From a plasmid: a stretch of 64,000 nt of DNA. The translations under genes and the position numbers were made by a program. The notes beneath the pieces are model-generated. The model was not told the origin of the DNA. It was given only the letters and a program-made list of their open reading frames with translations, and searched no databases. Shown one piece after another: positions 40,999 to 51,765 of the stretch; positions within the stretch are counted from its first letter, which is position 1; every line of letters begins with the position of its first letter. The DNA is taken from sequence record NZ_CP104760.1; one strand, 5' to 3'.

Positions 40999-42049
40999 AA
41001 CGTATACTCAGCGACCGACCGGGAAAGGTGCTGGAGGAGCGCTACCGCCGATACCCCGGTAGGGATGCCTTGAATAAGCCGCATAGAAAGAAAAGGGTAC
41101 GCGGAACAGATCGCTGAGATTAACAAGGGGCCGTCTGAATGGCCCCTTAACAGATGGGGTGTAAAACGCAGACGGCGCCGTAAAGGGCTGGAGACTGAGC
41201 GGCTTCCGCCTCTGCACCCGAATACGCCGAGCCTGATCCAGCCGATGGATATTGTCATGGATGCACTCGCCCGTGGCCGCTGGATCACGTGTCTGACCGG
41301 CCAGTATTAAACATAAATCTTCGGACTGTTAATAACCCTGCGCTAGCTGCGACAAGCAGACCTCGCCTTCACTTAACGCTTTGAAGAAAAATCCCCTTCA
41401 ATAAGGATGGCTTCATGGAAAACATGAGTAAATAGCTTATCTTTATTTATGGATGGGAAGAGATGGTGGCTTTTCTGATGCTCGCTAAATCTGCCCATAA
41501 TTTTATGCGCCGCCATCAAACGCCTTCTCAGCAAAATGCAGAGCCGCCGCATCCGACTTTATTAAAGCCAATAAACTGGCCATAAGAGAATCTTTCTTTA
41601 TAGATGAAGATCAGGCACCTGATGCCTGTGGTGGCACGTTGATAGACAAGTCAGATGGTTTAAATTTGTAACTATTAAAATTAATTTTTATGAAGAAAAG
41701 ACATCCTTCAACTATTTACACGATTCATTAACACTGAGTAGTGATTTAATTTTCCCGCGCTGCATGCTTTATCTGACCTCAGGATTCATACCTGCACGTA
41801 ACATATAAATAATATTTACGTGATGCATATTTCTGCCCTGTGGCTTGTCGAAGTGAACAAAAAAACGCCGATCGTGCACCCGATTGCAAAAATCGTTGCA
41901 ATCGGGTGCATGTATCAAACATAATTGCAACATCATAAAAACAGGGTTATTCATTATCATCTACGTTGTTCATCTTTGCTTAGGAATTTATTTTCAGTTA
42001 GTTTTCACGTTCGTTGCTGGGATTTCCGTTTTTTTCGTACGCAGGTGTT

Positions 42050-43093
42050 ATGAGTAAACCACACACAAAATTACATAAAGTCACGGCAAGTGACGTTGCA
42101 CGCCTTGCTGGGGTATCGAAGTGGACCGTATCTCGTGCTTTTACGCCAGGTGCATCGATCTCAGAACAAGCCCGTGAAAAAGTGTTAAAGATTGCGGAGA
42201 AGCTGGGCTATCGCCCTAATTTGCTGGCCCGTAGTCTTTCTCAGAAAAAAACACAGATTATTGGTGTGGTAATCGACGAGCTGAAAAATCCGCACTCAAT
42301 GTTAATGCTGGATACCGTCACCCATCAGCTGCAACAGCGTGGATATATGGCATTACTGCTCAACATTGGTAGTGGTGATAACTACAGCTCGGTGATGTTA
42401 CTGGCCGATCAGTTGCAAATCGATGGTTTGCTATTCCTTGGCACAGTGTTAACCGATGATCTTGTCAGGGTGGCAAAAGAAACGCATAAGGTTCCCTTAG
42501 TGCAGGTGTGCCGTAACAATGATGAGCCTGACATCGATGTGGTGAATATTGATGGTTTGCGGGCGGGTAAAAAACTCGGTGAACTTTTGCTGGCGCAGGG
42601 ATGTACTCGCATTGGTTACATGATGGGTCCGGAAACCAGCTCTCATCATACTCAGCGGCTGGACGGCTTAAAGCTGGCGCTCAATGAGGCGGGACTGGAT
42701 TTGGATGTGTTGCTCTGTACCGGCGTTTATTCGCGGGAGCGTAGTTATGAGGTGATGAGTGAGTATCTCAACACCCAGGCGCCCCATCTGCTCATGGATG
42801 CGCTGTTTTGCGAAAACGATATTCTGGCGCTTGGCGCACTGGCAGCCCTACGCGATCGTGCGAGCGATCACGTTATATCTGTGGTGGGCTTCGATGATAT
42901 TGAGGAAGCCAGTTTACCAACCTGGCAGCTGACAACCTTTAGTCAGCGTATTGATTTGATAATTACTGAAGCCCTGAATCGACTGATTGATGGAAAGGCC
43001 ACCCCTGATGGCGTCTGGTCTCAGGGAGAATTGCGTATCAGGCGTTCTCACCTGAGGCTTTCTGATGAAAAACAGGGGACGCATAAGAAATGA
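42050..43093 (+). CDS. LacI-family transcriptional regulator
   Basis: ATG 42050 (MSKPHTKLHKVTASDVARLAGVS) with AGGTG RBS. HTH plus sugar-binding domain. Confidence 0.8.
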   Translation: MSKPHTKLHKVTASDVARLAGVSKWTVSRAFTPGASISEQAREKVLKIAEKLGYRPNLLARSLSQKKTQIIGVVIDELKNPHSMLMLDTVTHQLQQRGYMALLLNIGSGDNYSSVMLLADQLQIDGLLFLGTVLTDDLVRVAKETHKVPLVQVCRNNDEPDIDVVNIDGLRAGKKLGELLLAQGCTRIGYMMGPETSSHHTQRLDGLKLALNEAGLDLDVLLCTGVYSRERSYEVMSEYLNTQAPHLLMDALFCENDILALGALAALRDRASDHVISVVGFDDIEEASLPTWQLTTFSQRIDLIITEALNRLIDGKATPDGVWSQGELRIRRSHLRLSDEKQGTHKK

Positions 43094-43444
43094 TTAATCC
43101 TGCGTCATTGAGTGGGTGAGTAGTCAGCAGCCGTTTATATTTAAATCATAAAAGAAAAATAATTATTAGTTAAATAATACAGAGCGTGTCGGTAAGGAGC
43201 GCGTTCATGATCGGATTTTAATAGCTGAAAACTTCAGCCAAAGGAATCGTGCGCCAATAAAAGGCGCACGTGCACTTTATTCAATACCTTCTGAAAAATA
43301 AATAATAACGAACGCGGATTCGTCATGCATACCTGCGTGCTATTTAGCACAGGGTTTGTAACGTCTGAATACCCGGAACGTCATGCTCTGTGAATATTAA
43401 CACGCCACATCCATCAGATGATGGAATGATTTAGGGAAAGAAGT

Positions 43445-44173
43445 ATGAACCGAAGAGAAGCGCTCTTTTCACTCAGCGGTATTGTCGCGTCACTTGCCGT
43501 GGCACCACAACTGCGTGCCAGAGAGCTGCACAATGTGCCGCCTGAAACCAAACTCAGTGCCGACCATCTGCCACAACCCGCGTGGCAAAACGGTTACCAG
43601 GTACTCACCAGTCCGCTGGATCGTCAGAATCTGCAAGCCATTTTTGATCGTTTGATCCCTGCCGATAAATTGGGCCCGTCAGCAAGTGAAGCGGGCTGTA
43701 TTGAGTTCCTCGATAACCAGCTAGCCGGTGATTACGGTTCAGGTGCAGCGCTCTATTTGCAAGCGCCGCTACATCCGGAAAATGAAGAGAAAATTATGGG
43801 AAGCCCGCAATTTCTCTCTGCGCCTAAAGAACGCTATTTAACCGGTTTACAGGCGCTTGAAAGCTGGTCGCAAAGGACTCATCGGTCCTCATTTCACGCG
43901 TTAACTGCTGAGCAGATCGATGATTTCCTCACGAAAATGGAAGACGGCAAAATTGATTTGGGCGCAGGGGTTAATAGCCAGGCCTTTTTTGAATTAATGC
44001 TGCAAAACGTGCGTGAAGGATATCTGGCTGATCCGATTTATGGGGGTAATAAAAACATGGCGGGATGGAAAATGATCGGTTTTCCTGGCGCGCGCTATGA
44101 CTATCGCCCTTATATCGAACGCCGTAATGAAAACCTGGCGCTTATACCTGTCAGTCTGATCCCCAACGATTAA
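43445..44173 (+). CDS. Gluconate 2-dehydrogenase-type small (gamma) subunit, Tat-exported
   Basis: Twin-arginine signal MNRREALFSLSG; Gluconate_2-dh3 family size and position before the flavoprotein. Confidence 0.8.
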   Translation: MNRREALFSLSGIVASLAVAPQLRARELHNVPPETKLSADHLPQPAWQNGYQVLTSPLDRQNLQAIFDRLIPADKLGPSASEAGCIEFLDNQLAGDYGSGAALYLQAPLHPENEEKIMGSPQFLSAPKERYLTGLQALESWSQRTHRSSFHALTAEQIDDFLTKMEDGKIDLGAGVNSQAFFELMLQNVREGYLADPIYGGNKNMAGWKMIGFPGARYDYRPYIERRNENLALIPVSLIPND

Positions 44174-44191
44174 TAAGACGGAGCTGAGTCA

Positions 44192-45961
44192 ATGTCATTA
44201 GTAAGAAACAAGGCTGACGTCGTTATCGTTGGTATGGGTTGGGCTGGTTCGGTCATGGCGGAAGAGTTAACACGCGCCGGGCTGAATGTCGTTGGTATTG
44301 AGCGTGGCGCGTGGCGTGACACCTCCACCGATTTCCCGGTGGCGATTGATCCCGATGAACTACGTTTCCATACGCGCCGCAAAATTCTGCAGCCGATGAG
44401 TGTGGAAACGACCACTTTCCGCAACCGCAGCGACCAACTTGCCGCACCTGTGCGCAACTGGTCCGCCTATCAATTTGGCTGGAACGTGGGGGGCGCAGGT
44501 ACACACTGGGCAGGAATGTCATGGCGTTTCACGCCGTGGGATTTTGAAGTCGCGAGGCAGACGCGTGAACGTTACGGCGCGAAGCGCATGGCCGGCTTGC
44601 AGTTGCAAGACTGGGGCGTGACCTACGACGAAATGGAACCGTTCTACGATCGCTTCGAGCGCATTGCTGGAACCTCGGGTTACGCCGGTAACCTTAACGG
44701 TGAAAAACGCGCGGGAGGCAACGTCTTTGAAGGCGCACGTCGACGTGACTACCCCACGCCGCCGCTGAAAGATACGCACTGGATGAGCAAGTACCGCAAA
44801 ACCACCGAGAATATGGGTTATCACCCTTTCACCGTGCCCGCCGGTAATCTGTCCCAGGCGTATGTCAATCCGCTGGGCGTCAGCATGGGGCCTTGTACTT
44901 ATTGCGGTTTCTGTGATTTTCACGGCTGCGGTAACTTCTCCAAATCGTCTCCGCAGGCATGTATTCTGCCGGTGCTGATGCGCCGTCCAAACTTCACGCT
45001 GCTGACCGAGACAGAAGTCCTGCATGCAGTGAAACATGCAGATGGCAAAACGGTAAAAGGCGTGAAGTTTATTACGCAGGATGGCGTAGAAGGCTTCCAG
45101 CCTGCCGACATCGTCTGTATCACCGCCTACCAGATGGATAACGTGCGCTTAATGCTGCTTTCAGGTGTGGGTGAGAAATACGATCCGCTCACCGGTCGTG
45201 GCACAGTCGGTCGCAACTACGGCTACCAGACCTGTTCGAGCGTGACGGGTTTCTTCGATAACGAATACATGAATCCGTTTATTGGTGGTGGGGCATTAGC
45301 CGTGCAGATCGATGATTTTAATGGTGATAATTTCGATCACAGCGACCTCGATTTCATTGGCGGAGCGGGCATTATGGGCTTCTCGACCAATGGTCGTCCG
45401 ATTCAGAACATGAACAGTCTGCGTCCCGGTACTAAACGCTGGGGAAGCGAATGGAAAGCGGGTTATGCGCGTGATTACCAGACGGCGGGTACCATCTTCT
45501 GCCAGGGCACTTCAATGCCGATGCGCGAAGCCTATCTCGATCTCGATCCTAACTACAAAGACCGCCACGGTCAGCCGCTGCTGCGCCTGACATTTGACTG
45601 GAATCAAAATGACAAGCGCATGGCGAAATATGTGACCGATCGCGCCATCACTATCATGAAAGAAGTAGGCGGACAGCATCTGGTGGTCGACAACCAGGCA
45701 GAAAAGAGCTGGAACCCCTACATGCAGCACAGTTCACACACCATAGGCGGCGCGGTGATGGGGGCGGATCCCAGTACCTCTGCGCTCAATCCCTATCTGC
45801 AAAGCTGGGATGCGCACAACCTGTTTGTGGTCGGCGCTTCAGCCTTCCCTAACAATGGTGGCTATAACCCAACGGTAACCGTGGGAGCGCTGGCGGTGCG
45901 TGCCGCGCAAGCTATCCACCAGAAGTACATCCATAATCCGGCACCGCTGGTGGGAGCATAA
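44192..45961 (+). CDS. GMC-family FAD flavoprotein dehydrogenase large subunit (gluconate 2-DH / 2-ketogluconate DH / sorbitol DH type)
   Basis: N-terminal FAD motif VVIVGMGWAGS. GMC oxidoreductase N- and C-terminal domains. Confidence 0.85.
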   Translation: MSLVRNKADVVIVGMGWAGSVMAEELTRAGLNVVGIERGAWRDTSTDFPVAIDPDELRFHTRRKILQPMSVETTTFRNRSDQLAAPVRNWSAYQFGWNVGGAGTHWAGMSWRFTPWDFEVARQTRERYGAKRMAGLQLQDWGVTYDEMEPFYDRFERIAGTSGYAGNLNGEKRAGGNVFEGARRRDYPTPPLKDTHWMSKYRKTTENMGYHPFTVPAGNLSQAYVNPLGVSMGPCTYCGFCDFHGCGNFSKSSPQACILPVLMRRPNFTLLTETEVLHAVKHADGKTVKGVKFITQDGVEGFQPADIVCITAYQMDNVRLMLLSGVGEKYDPLTGRGTVGRNYGYQTCSSVTGFFDNEYMNPFIGGGALAVQIDDFNGDNFDHSDLDFIGGAGIMGFSTNGRPIQNMNSLRPGTKRWGSEWKAGYARDYQTAGTIFCQGTSMPMREAYLDLDPNYKDRHGQPLLRLTFDWNQNDKRMAKYVTDRAITIMKEVGGQHLVVDNQAEKSWNPYMQHSSHTIGGAVMGADPSTSALNPYLQSWDAHNLFVVGASAFPNNGGYNPTVTVGALAVRAAQAIHQKYIHNPAPLVGA

Positions 45962-45963
45962 TC

Positions 45964-47277
45964 ATGGCGAAGGCAAAGAAACTGACCTATACCCTCGCCG
46001 CGTTAGCCGTAGTCGCGGCCATTGGCGTAACCGGCAGAATGTGGATGGTGATGGACAGCGCACGCTCGCATGTGGCGGATGATAAGGTCAGACTGGCCGA
46101 TTTCCACAGCAATGATGCAGATGCCATCAAGCGTGGCGAATATGTTATGCGCCTGGCGGACTGTGCTGCGTGCCACAATCCCGATTTCTCGGGCGGCTAC
46201 AAGATCGATACGCCGTTTGGTGCGTTGCAAACCTCTAACATTTCGCCTGATCCTGAAACCGGTATCGGTAACATGACCGAACGCGACTTCTTCAATGCGG
46301 TCCGCCAGGGACGTGGCCAACACGGTTTCCTCTACCCGGCGATGCCTTACACCGCTTATACGCAGATGAGCGATGCAGACATGCACGATCTCTGGGCCTA
46401 TTTCTCCACGCAGAAGCCGGTGAAAAAGGCCGTCGACGAAAATGCGGGCATGAACTTTCCCTATAATATTCGTCTGGCGATGGCAGGCTGGAATCTGTTG
46501 TTCTTTGATAATAAAGCCTTTGAACCGCAGAGCGAGCAGAACGACGTCTGGAATCGCGGCAAATATATCGTTGACGGACCAGCGCACTGTAGCGTTTGCC
46601 ACACCGCGCGTAATGCACTGGGTGGAGAGATCAGCAGCCACTATCTGCAGGGCGGCAAGCTGGGCACGTGGTACGCACCGGATATCTCGCCAAATCCCCA
46701 TGCGGGCATTGGTCAGTGGAGCGATGAACAGATTACGGATTATCTGAAAACCGGCTCCAACGGTGAAAGCGTCGCTGCAGGACCGATGGCAGAAGCCGTT
46801 GAACACTCGACGCAGTATTTCAACGATCAGGATCTCAAAGCCATCGCCACCTATCTGCGTAGCCTGCCTGCCTCCGCCACGGCTAAACCCGTTGCGTTCG
46901 TGATGGATAAAGCACGTCACGATCAGGCGGCACTGCGCTATGAAGTGGACTGCTCTGCCTGTCACGGCTTGTCAGGAGAAGGTATCACCGGCATGGTGCC
47001 AGCCTTTGCCGGTAATACCGCGATGCAGAACGATCCTACCAATATGATCCATGCTTTGCTGCAAGGTGCTCGCGCGCCATATACCGAAGGGCGTCCAACG
47101 TCTGCCGGTATGCCTGCATTCTCCTGGAAGCTGAACGATCAGGAGATGGCTGATGTACTCAACTACGTCCGCAATTCATGGGGTAATAAAGCCGCTGAGG
47201 TCAAAGCAAGCGACGTCACTATGCTACGAAAAGCTACCGAAGCAGGTGATAAGCTGAAAGCGCCTGCGATTAAGTAA
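45964..47277 (+). CDS. Membrane cytochrome c subunit (tri-heme) of flavoprotein dehydrogenase complex
   Basis: Three CxxCH motifs (CAACH, CSVCH, CSACH) and an N-terminal membrane anchor. Confidence 0.85.
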   Translation: MAKAKKLTYTLAALAVVAAIGVTGRMWMVMDSARSHVADDKVRLADFHSNDADAIKRGEYVMRLADCAACHNPDFSGGYKIDTPFGALQTSNISPDPETGIGNMTERDFFNAVRQGRGQHGFLYPAMPYTAYTQMSDADMHDLWAYFSTQKPVKKAVDENAGMNFPYNIRLAMAGWNLLFFDNKAFEPQSEQNDVWNRGKYIVDGPAHCSVCHTARNALGGEISSHYLQGGKLGTWYAPDISPNPHAGIGQWSDEQITDYLKTGSNGESVAAGPMAEAVEHSTQYFNDQDLKAIATYLRSLPASATAKPVAFVMDKARHDQAALRYEVDCSACHGLSGEGITGMVPAFAGNTAMQNDPTNMIHALLQGARAPYTEGRPTSAGMPAFSWKLNDQEMADVLNYVRNSWGNKAAEVKASDVTMLRKATEAGDKLKAPAIK

Positions 47278-47985
47278 TCAGTCTCTGTGGGCAGCCATGC
47301 GGCTGCCCAGTTAATGCCCGGCACACTGTGTCATTCCCCTTACCGAAGCGGATGCTATTTGCATCGCTTTCTCCGCATCAGTGCTCTTCAATTTTCCTCC
47401 CGCTTCACAATGCGGCTTTCTGCCAACAGGGTTGCCATATTTTCTGACTGCGCGGAATACACCAGGAACGCTGAATCATCAGGTGGGTGGGATTCATTTA
47501 AGTTAAGCCTGCTAAATTCGGTATGACTCCCGTTGTAAAATAACGCATCGAAACGTAACTGCGTTGTCGTTAATTGATACCGCGTTAAGCTGCATAGCAG
47601 ATATTGCTGTTTTTCAATTTTTAAGATTAAAGCGCAGGTAATGGCAAAAAACTGCTTAATTAAACCACGAGGAAGGGTTGAATTTTAGACAAATCCAAAA
47701 GTGTGACAAGGATCAAATTTAAAATTTTGACGTTTTACAAAAAACAATATTCTTCACATGTCAACGTCAATGAAATGAATTTGTGGTTATTAATCAACAG
47801 GTTATTATTTATTATAAAGCAATAATGATGACTACGTGCTTAAAATCACGTGTAAGAATAGCGGCATAGTTATTTAAGCCACCCGACCACCGGTCTCTGT
47901 TCAGGCTTGTCGCGATAAGCCTGCAGAATAACGTTTTCCTCAATCAAGGAACCCACTATGATGTTGGTGACTTTATCTGGAGGCG

Positions 47986-49455
47986 ATGATGCAAAATAAT
48001 CGCCGCTGTAATGCCCGCTATGTTTATTCGCTGTGCTGTATCGCCACGCTAGGTGGCGTAATGTTCGGCTATTCCACCGGCGTAATCTCGGGCACCGTAG
48101 ATTCCATTCAGGCTCATTTCCAGCTCGATCCGTCACAAACCGGCTGGGTAGTATCCAGCATTTTCGTTGGCTGCATCATTGGATCTTTAGCGGCGGGAAA
48201 ACTGGCGGAAAAGCTAGGGCGAAAGCCCGTGCTGATGCTGGCGACGATTGCTTTTGCGCTTTCTGCTGTCGGTTCAACCTTTGCGGACTCTTTTACGCTT
48301 TTCTCTGCGGCGCGCATTGTCGCGGGTTTAGGCATCGGTCTCGCCGGAACCGTGGCCCCCATGTATATGGGTGAAATTGCTCCTGCCAGCATTCGCGGTA
48401 AAGCCTCGGGAATATTCAACCTTTCACTGGTAGGGTCACAAACGCTGGTATTCCTGGTGAATTACCTGATTGGCCGTGGCATGTCTGAGGCCTGGCTAAT
48501 TGATGAGGGCTGGCGCTGGATGATGGGGGCGCAGTTTGTGCCGGTAGCAATGATGCTGTTCTGTACCCTTATCCTGCCGGAATCGCCGCAGTGGTGTATC
48601 AACCATCAGCAGGGTGAACGAGCGCTACGTGTGCTTGAAAAAATCTACCCCGATCTCAACAAAGAAGAAGCCCGGCAGATCATCTCCGTGCGCAGCGAAT
48701 CGAAAAACGCCGGGAAAGGCAGCGGCTCGCTGCGGTATATCTGGCAAATGCCGGTACTGCGCTACGCACTTATTGTGGGCTGTACTATTGCCGTCCTGCA
48801 GCAACTCACGGGGGCCAGCATTGTGATGTATTATGCCCCTCTGATCCTCAACACGGGCGAGATGGCCAAAGATACGCTGCTGTTCCAGACTATTTTTATC
48901 GGTCTGCTCAACGCGATGGGGGCGTTTATCGCCATGAATCTTTATGACCGCTTTGGGCGTTTACCGGTCATGAAGCTGGGCACCGTCGGCGCAATCATCG
49001 CCCTGCTGCTGCTCTCATGGAGTATGTACACGCAGCAGAGCGGATACCTTGCCATTATATCGGCCCTGCTGTTTATGATGATGTTCGCCATCAGCTGGGG
49101 GGCAGGATGCTGGGTGCTGATTTCAGAAATCTTCCCACCACGAATCAAAAGCTATGCGATGGGGCTGGCGGTGAGTTTAATGTGGATCTTCAACTTCCTG
49201 GTCACGCAGTTTTTCCCGGTTCTGAATGAAATCCCGGCGTTACAACAGGCATTTCACGGCGCATTCTCTTTCTGGATTTTCGCCGCCATCAATCTGTTCT
49301 GCCTGATATTCCTGCTGCGCTTCGTACCGGAAACGCGAGGTGTCGCGCTGGATGATATAGAGCAGCTGCTGGCCAGCCGTATGAACCCTGTCAGCGCTTC
49401 CTCAACTGTCCCGATGGCATCGACAGCTACCAACAATATGGAAGGTAAATCATGA
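47986..49455 (+). CDS. MFS sugar porter family transporter (sugar:H+ symporter, GalP/XylE-like)
   Basis: Sugar-porter signatures (GRK/RP motifs, PESPRW-like PESPQW). GGAGG RBS. Confidence 0.8.
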   Translation: MMQNNRRCNARYVYSLCCIATLGGVMFGYSTGVISGTVDSIQAHFQLDPSQTGWVVSSIFVGCIIGSLAAGKLAEKLGRKPVLMLATIAFALSAVGSTFADSFTLFSAARIVAGLGIGLAGTVAPMYMGEIAPASIRGKASGIFNLSLVGSQTLVFLVNYLIGRGMSEAWLIDEGWRWMMGAQFVPVAMMLFCTLILPESPQWCINHQQGERALRVLEKIYPDLNKEEARQIISVRSESKNAGKGSGSLRYIWQMPVLRYALIVGCTIAVLQQLTGASIVMYYAPLILNTGEMAKDTLLFQTIFIGLLNAMGAFIAMNLYDRFGRLPVMKLGTVGAIIALLLLSWSMYTQQSGYLAIISALLFMMMFAISWGAGCWVLISEIFPPRIKSYAMGLAVSLMWIFNFLVTQFFPVLNEIPALQQAFHGAFSFWIFAAINLFCLIFLLRFVPETRGVALDDIEQLLASRMNPVSASSTVPMASTATNNMEGKS

Positions 49456-50276
49456 TTAAGGCCCTGCACGGCATCTCTACGCATTATTGCAACGTGGTCA
49501 CGGAAACCCGCATTGCGGCTGAAACTGGCTATGATGGACTGGAGTTTTTGCACTATAAGCTGTTGCGCTATCTTGATAATGGCGGCACTACTGCGGCGCT
49601 TAATAAGCTGGTCAAGGGTTATGGTTTGCAAACATCTTGCCTGAATGCGCTGATTGATATTGAGCGACATCAGGAGGGTGAAAAGCAGCAGTTACTGGCT
49701 GAAGCAACGCGCTTAACGCAGATTGCCGCCGATCTGGAGTGTCCGACCATCCAGATCCTCGCCCAGCACGGCATTGATCATCTCCCGGAATCGCAGATCC
49801 TCGATATCATGACCGAAAACATTTCAGAGATCGCCACTATCGGTCAGCGCTATGGCGTGCGCTATCAGATAGAGGTAATTGCTCATACAAAATTCAATAC
49901 GCTGAACCAGGCGCTGGAAGTGATCCGCCGCATTGATAAGCCTAACGTGGGCGTCGTCATTGATTTCTGGCATCTCTTTGCCACCGGGCAAACTACGCCG
50001 GATGATATTCGTCAGCTCGATCCTTCTCTGATATTTGGCGTGCACTTCTGCGACGGCCGCAAGCCTAATCCCGGTGAAGCGTGGGAGGAAACAGTGCTAC
50101 GGGCGTATATGCCAGGCGAAGGCGATATTGATGTTCAGGCATGGACTGATGCCGTTAAAGCTACCGGTTTTGATGGCGTTTGGTCCGCTGAGCTATTTAG
50201 TCCGGCTCGCTGGGAAATGGATCATGCAGAACTGGCAAAACAGGTTATTGATAACATGAATCATTATATTAAGTGA
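49452..50276 (+). CDS. Sugar phosphate isomerase/epimerase (xylose-isomerase-like TIM barrel)
   Basis: AP_endonuc_2/TIM-barrel family pattern. Start overlaps the transporter stop (ATGA). Confidence 0.7.
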   Translation: MIKALHGISTHYCNVVTETRIAAETGYDGLEFLHYKLLRYLDNGGTTAALNKLVKGYGLQTSCLNALIDIERHQEGEKQQLLAEATRLTQIAADLECPTIQILAQHGIDHLPESQILDIMTENISEIATIGQRYGVRYQIEVIAHTKFNTLNQALEVIRRIDKPNVGVVIDFWHLFATGQTTPDDIRQLDPSLIFGVHFCDGRKPNPGEAWEETVLRAYMPGEGDIDVQAWTDAVKATGFDGVWSAELFSPARWEMDHAELAKQVIDNMNHYIK

Positions 50277-50404
50277 TTAGCATTAATTTGAGTTGTCCTG
50301 CATCCCTATTCCGCTAACCTTTTAGCCAGCCTTATTTATGGCTGGCTAAAATTTTATATCGGTGAAGCTTTAGCTATTAAGCCTGCTCGGTTTGCGTCCT
50401 GTGA

Positions 50405-51499
50405 TTACTCATGCAAACGGAACCGGTAAATCATCCAGGGCGCTTTGGTGGCGTCTTTGCCGCCGTTATTACTGCTGGTTAATTCCATCTGCGGAGCAGG
50501 GACATAGACCCAGCCTTTCTCAATGACCAGAGCGTCAGGAGAGAGTAAACGATCGTCCTGAATCAATACTTCTTTTTTGCCGTCAGGCCTCAGAACATCA
50601 ACCGATCGGTTTTCAACGTTAGAAAGATAAATATTGCCCAGCGCATCTATTGCTGAGCCACCTGTTGAGGGAATATCTGCCACTTTTTGGATCTGGCGCT
50701 CCAGCGTAGCGTCGTCCAGAGATGCATCCCGCAGCGCCGCAGTGCTTACGCGATAAAGGGGCCCGGTAGGGGTGGCAAAATAGAGCCACATGCCGTCTGC
50801 TGAAACCTCGATAACATCGCTGTGAACGGCTGGACGGGTTCCGCTTTTATCCTGCAATACTCTCCCCCTGAATCCTTTCTGATCCAGGTCGTCGGGCTTG
50901 CGCAATAGCGTCGATTTCGACAGCCTGCGCAGCGTGCGGCCATTCTGCAAATCATGAATAATGATACCGCCGAGGCCGGAATCGGTGACGTAAATAAAAT
51001 GCTGGTGTATACGCAAATCGTTTGGCGCGCCGCCTTGCGGCAGGGCCTGTTCATCAAAACGTATTAGCTGTTGCTGTTCGCCACTGTGAATATCAAAAGC
51101 GACCAGCTTTGCTGCGCCTTTGGCCGCTTTTTCTCCCTGTGGCGCACCCTGGTCAACCACCCACAAGAGATTGTCTGCAAATATATGGCAGGCATTGACG
51201 TTAACCAGACTATTAAGCCCATCCTCACCAGGCTGCCATTTATTCCACTGATTACCTGGAAACGGAACTGGACCCGATTTTGTCACGCGCGCAAGGGCAG
51301 GAGATGCAATATGTCCCTGTAAGCGGGGGAAATTAAGGAAATAATCGTCGTTTGATGAAACAGCTATTCCATTCGCCAGCCAGGGAGAGGTTGCTACCAC
51401 TTCTAAACCGGGTTTCAGCAGAGCATCGGCAGCGGCAATCGCGGACTTTGCCATACACATTGCCGCTACTCCGCCGACAATAAATTCACGTCTTTGCAC
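50405..51499 (-). CDS. Tat-exported periplasmic beta-propeller-like protein of unknown function (MRJP/yellow or SGL-lactonase-like)
   Basis: Twin-arginine leader MQRREFIVGGVAA..A, no TM segments beyond the signal. Fold assignment is tentative. Confidence 0.45.
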   Translation of the reverse strand: MQRREFIVGGVAAMCMAKSAIAAADALLKPGLEVVATSPWLANGIAVSSNDDYFLNFPRLQGHIASPALARVTKSGPVPFPGNQWNKWQPGEDGLNSLVNVNACHIFADNLLWVVDQGAPQGEKAAKGAAKLVAFDIHSGEQQQLIRFDEQALPQGGAPNDLRIHQHFIYVTDSGLGGIIIHDLQNGRTLRRLSKSTLLRKPDDLDQKGFRGRVLQDKSGTRPAVHSDVIEVSADGMWLYFATPTGPLYRVSTAALRDASLDDATLERQIQKVADIPSTGGSAIDALGNIYLSNVENRSVDVLRPDGKKEVLIQDDRLLSPDALVIEKGWVYVPAPQMELTSSNNGGKDATKAPWMIYRFRLHE

Positions 51500-51765
51500 A
51501 GGCTCTCCTTATTTAATTTGCGAGCTTCAGCCTTTCAACTCAATGTGTTGCGTCCTTTGTCTGGTTTTTTAAAACAGAACTGAACCTCTCTTAAGCACGT
51601 TTAAGTCTGGCATAAATGTGATATTTGTCACATGCATAGCCACTTCTTATGACTGTGCCACACTCATTATGTGCGTGCGGCAGGCGCATAAATAAAGGCG
51701 CTTAATACCACTGAATAAGCAAAGGCCTTCACTGAACGGATCTTATGATTTAAGGGGAGAGAGGC

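Noticed and set aside
40999-41310. Possible transposase or small-protein remnant (frame ending ...PMDIVMDALARGRWITCLTGQY*)
   Set aside because: The frame has no start codon upstream of an in-frame stop except a 21-aa tail, and I do not recognise the sequence as any IS family. Kept only as an unexplained-region finding.
51611-51640. Confident Zur box call upstream of the ZIP transporter
   Set aside because: Only the left half matches the Zur consensus, so it was downgraded to a low-interest palindrome finding.
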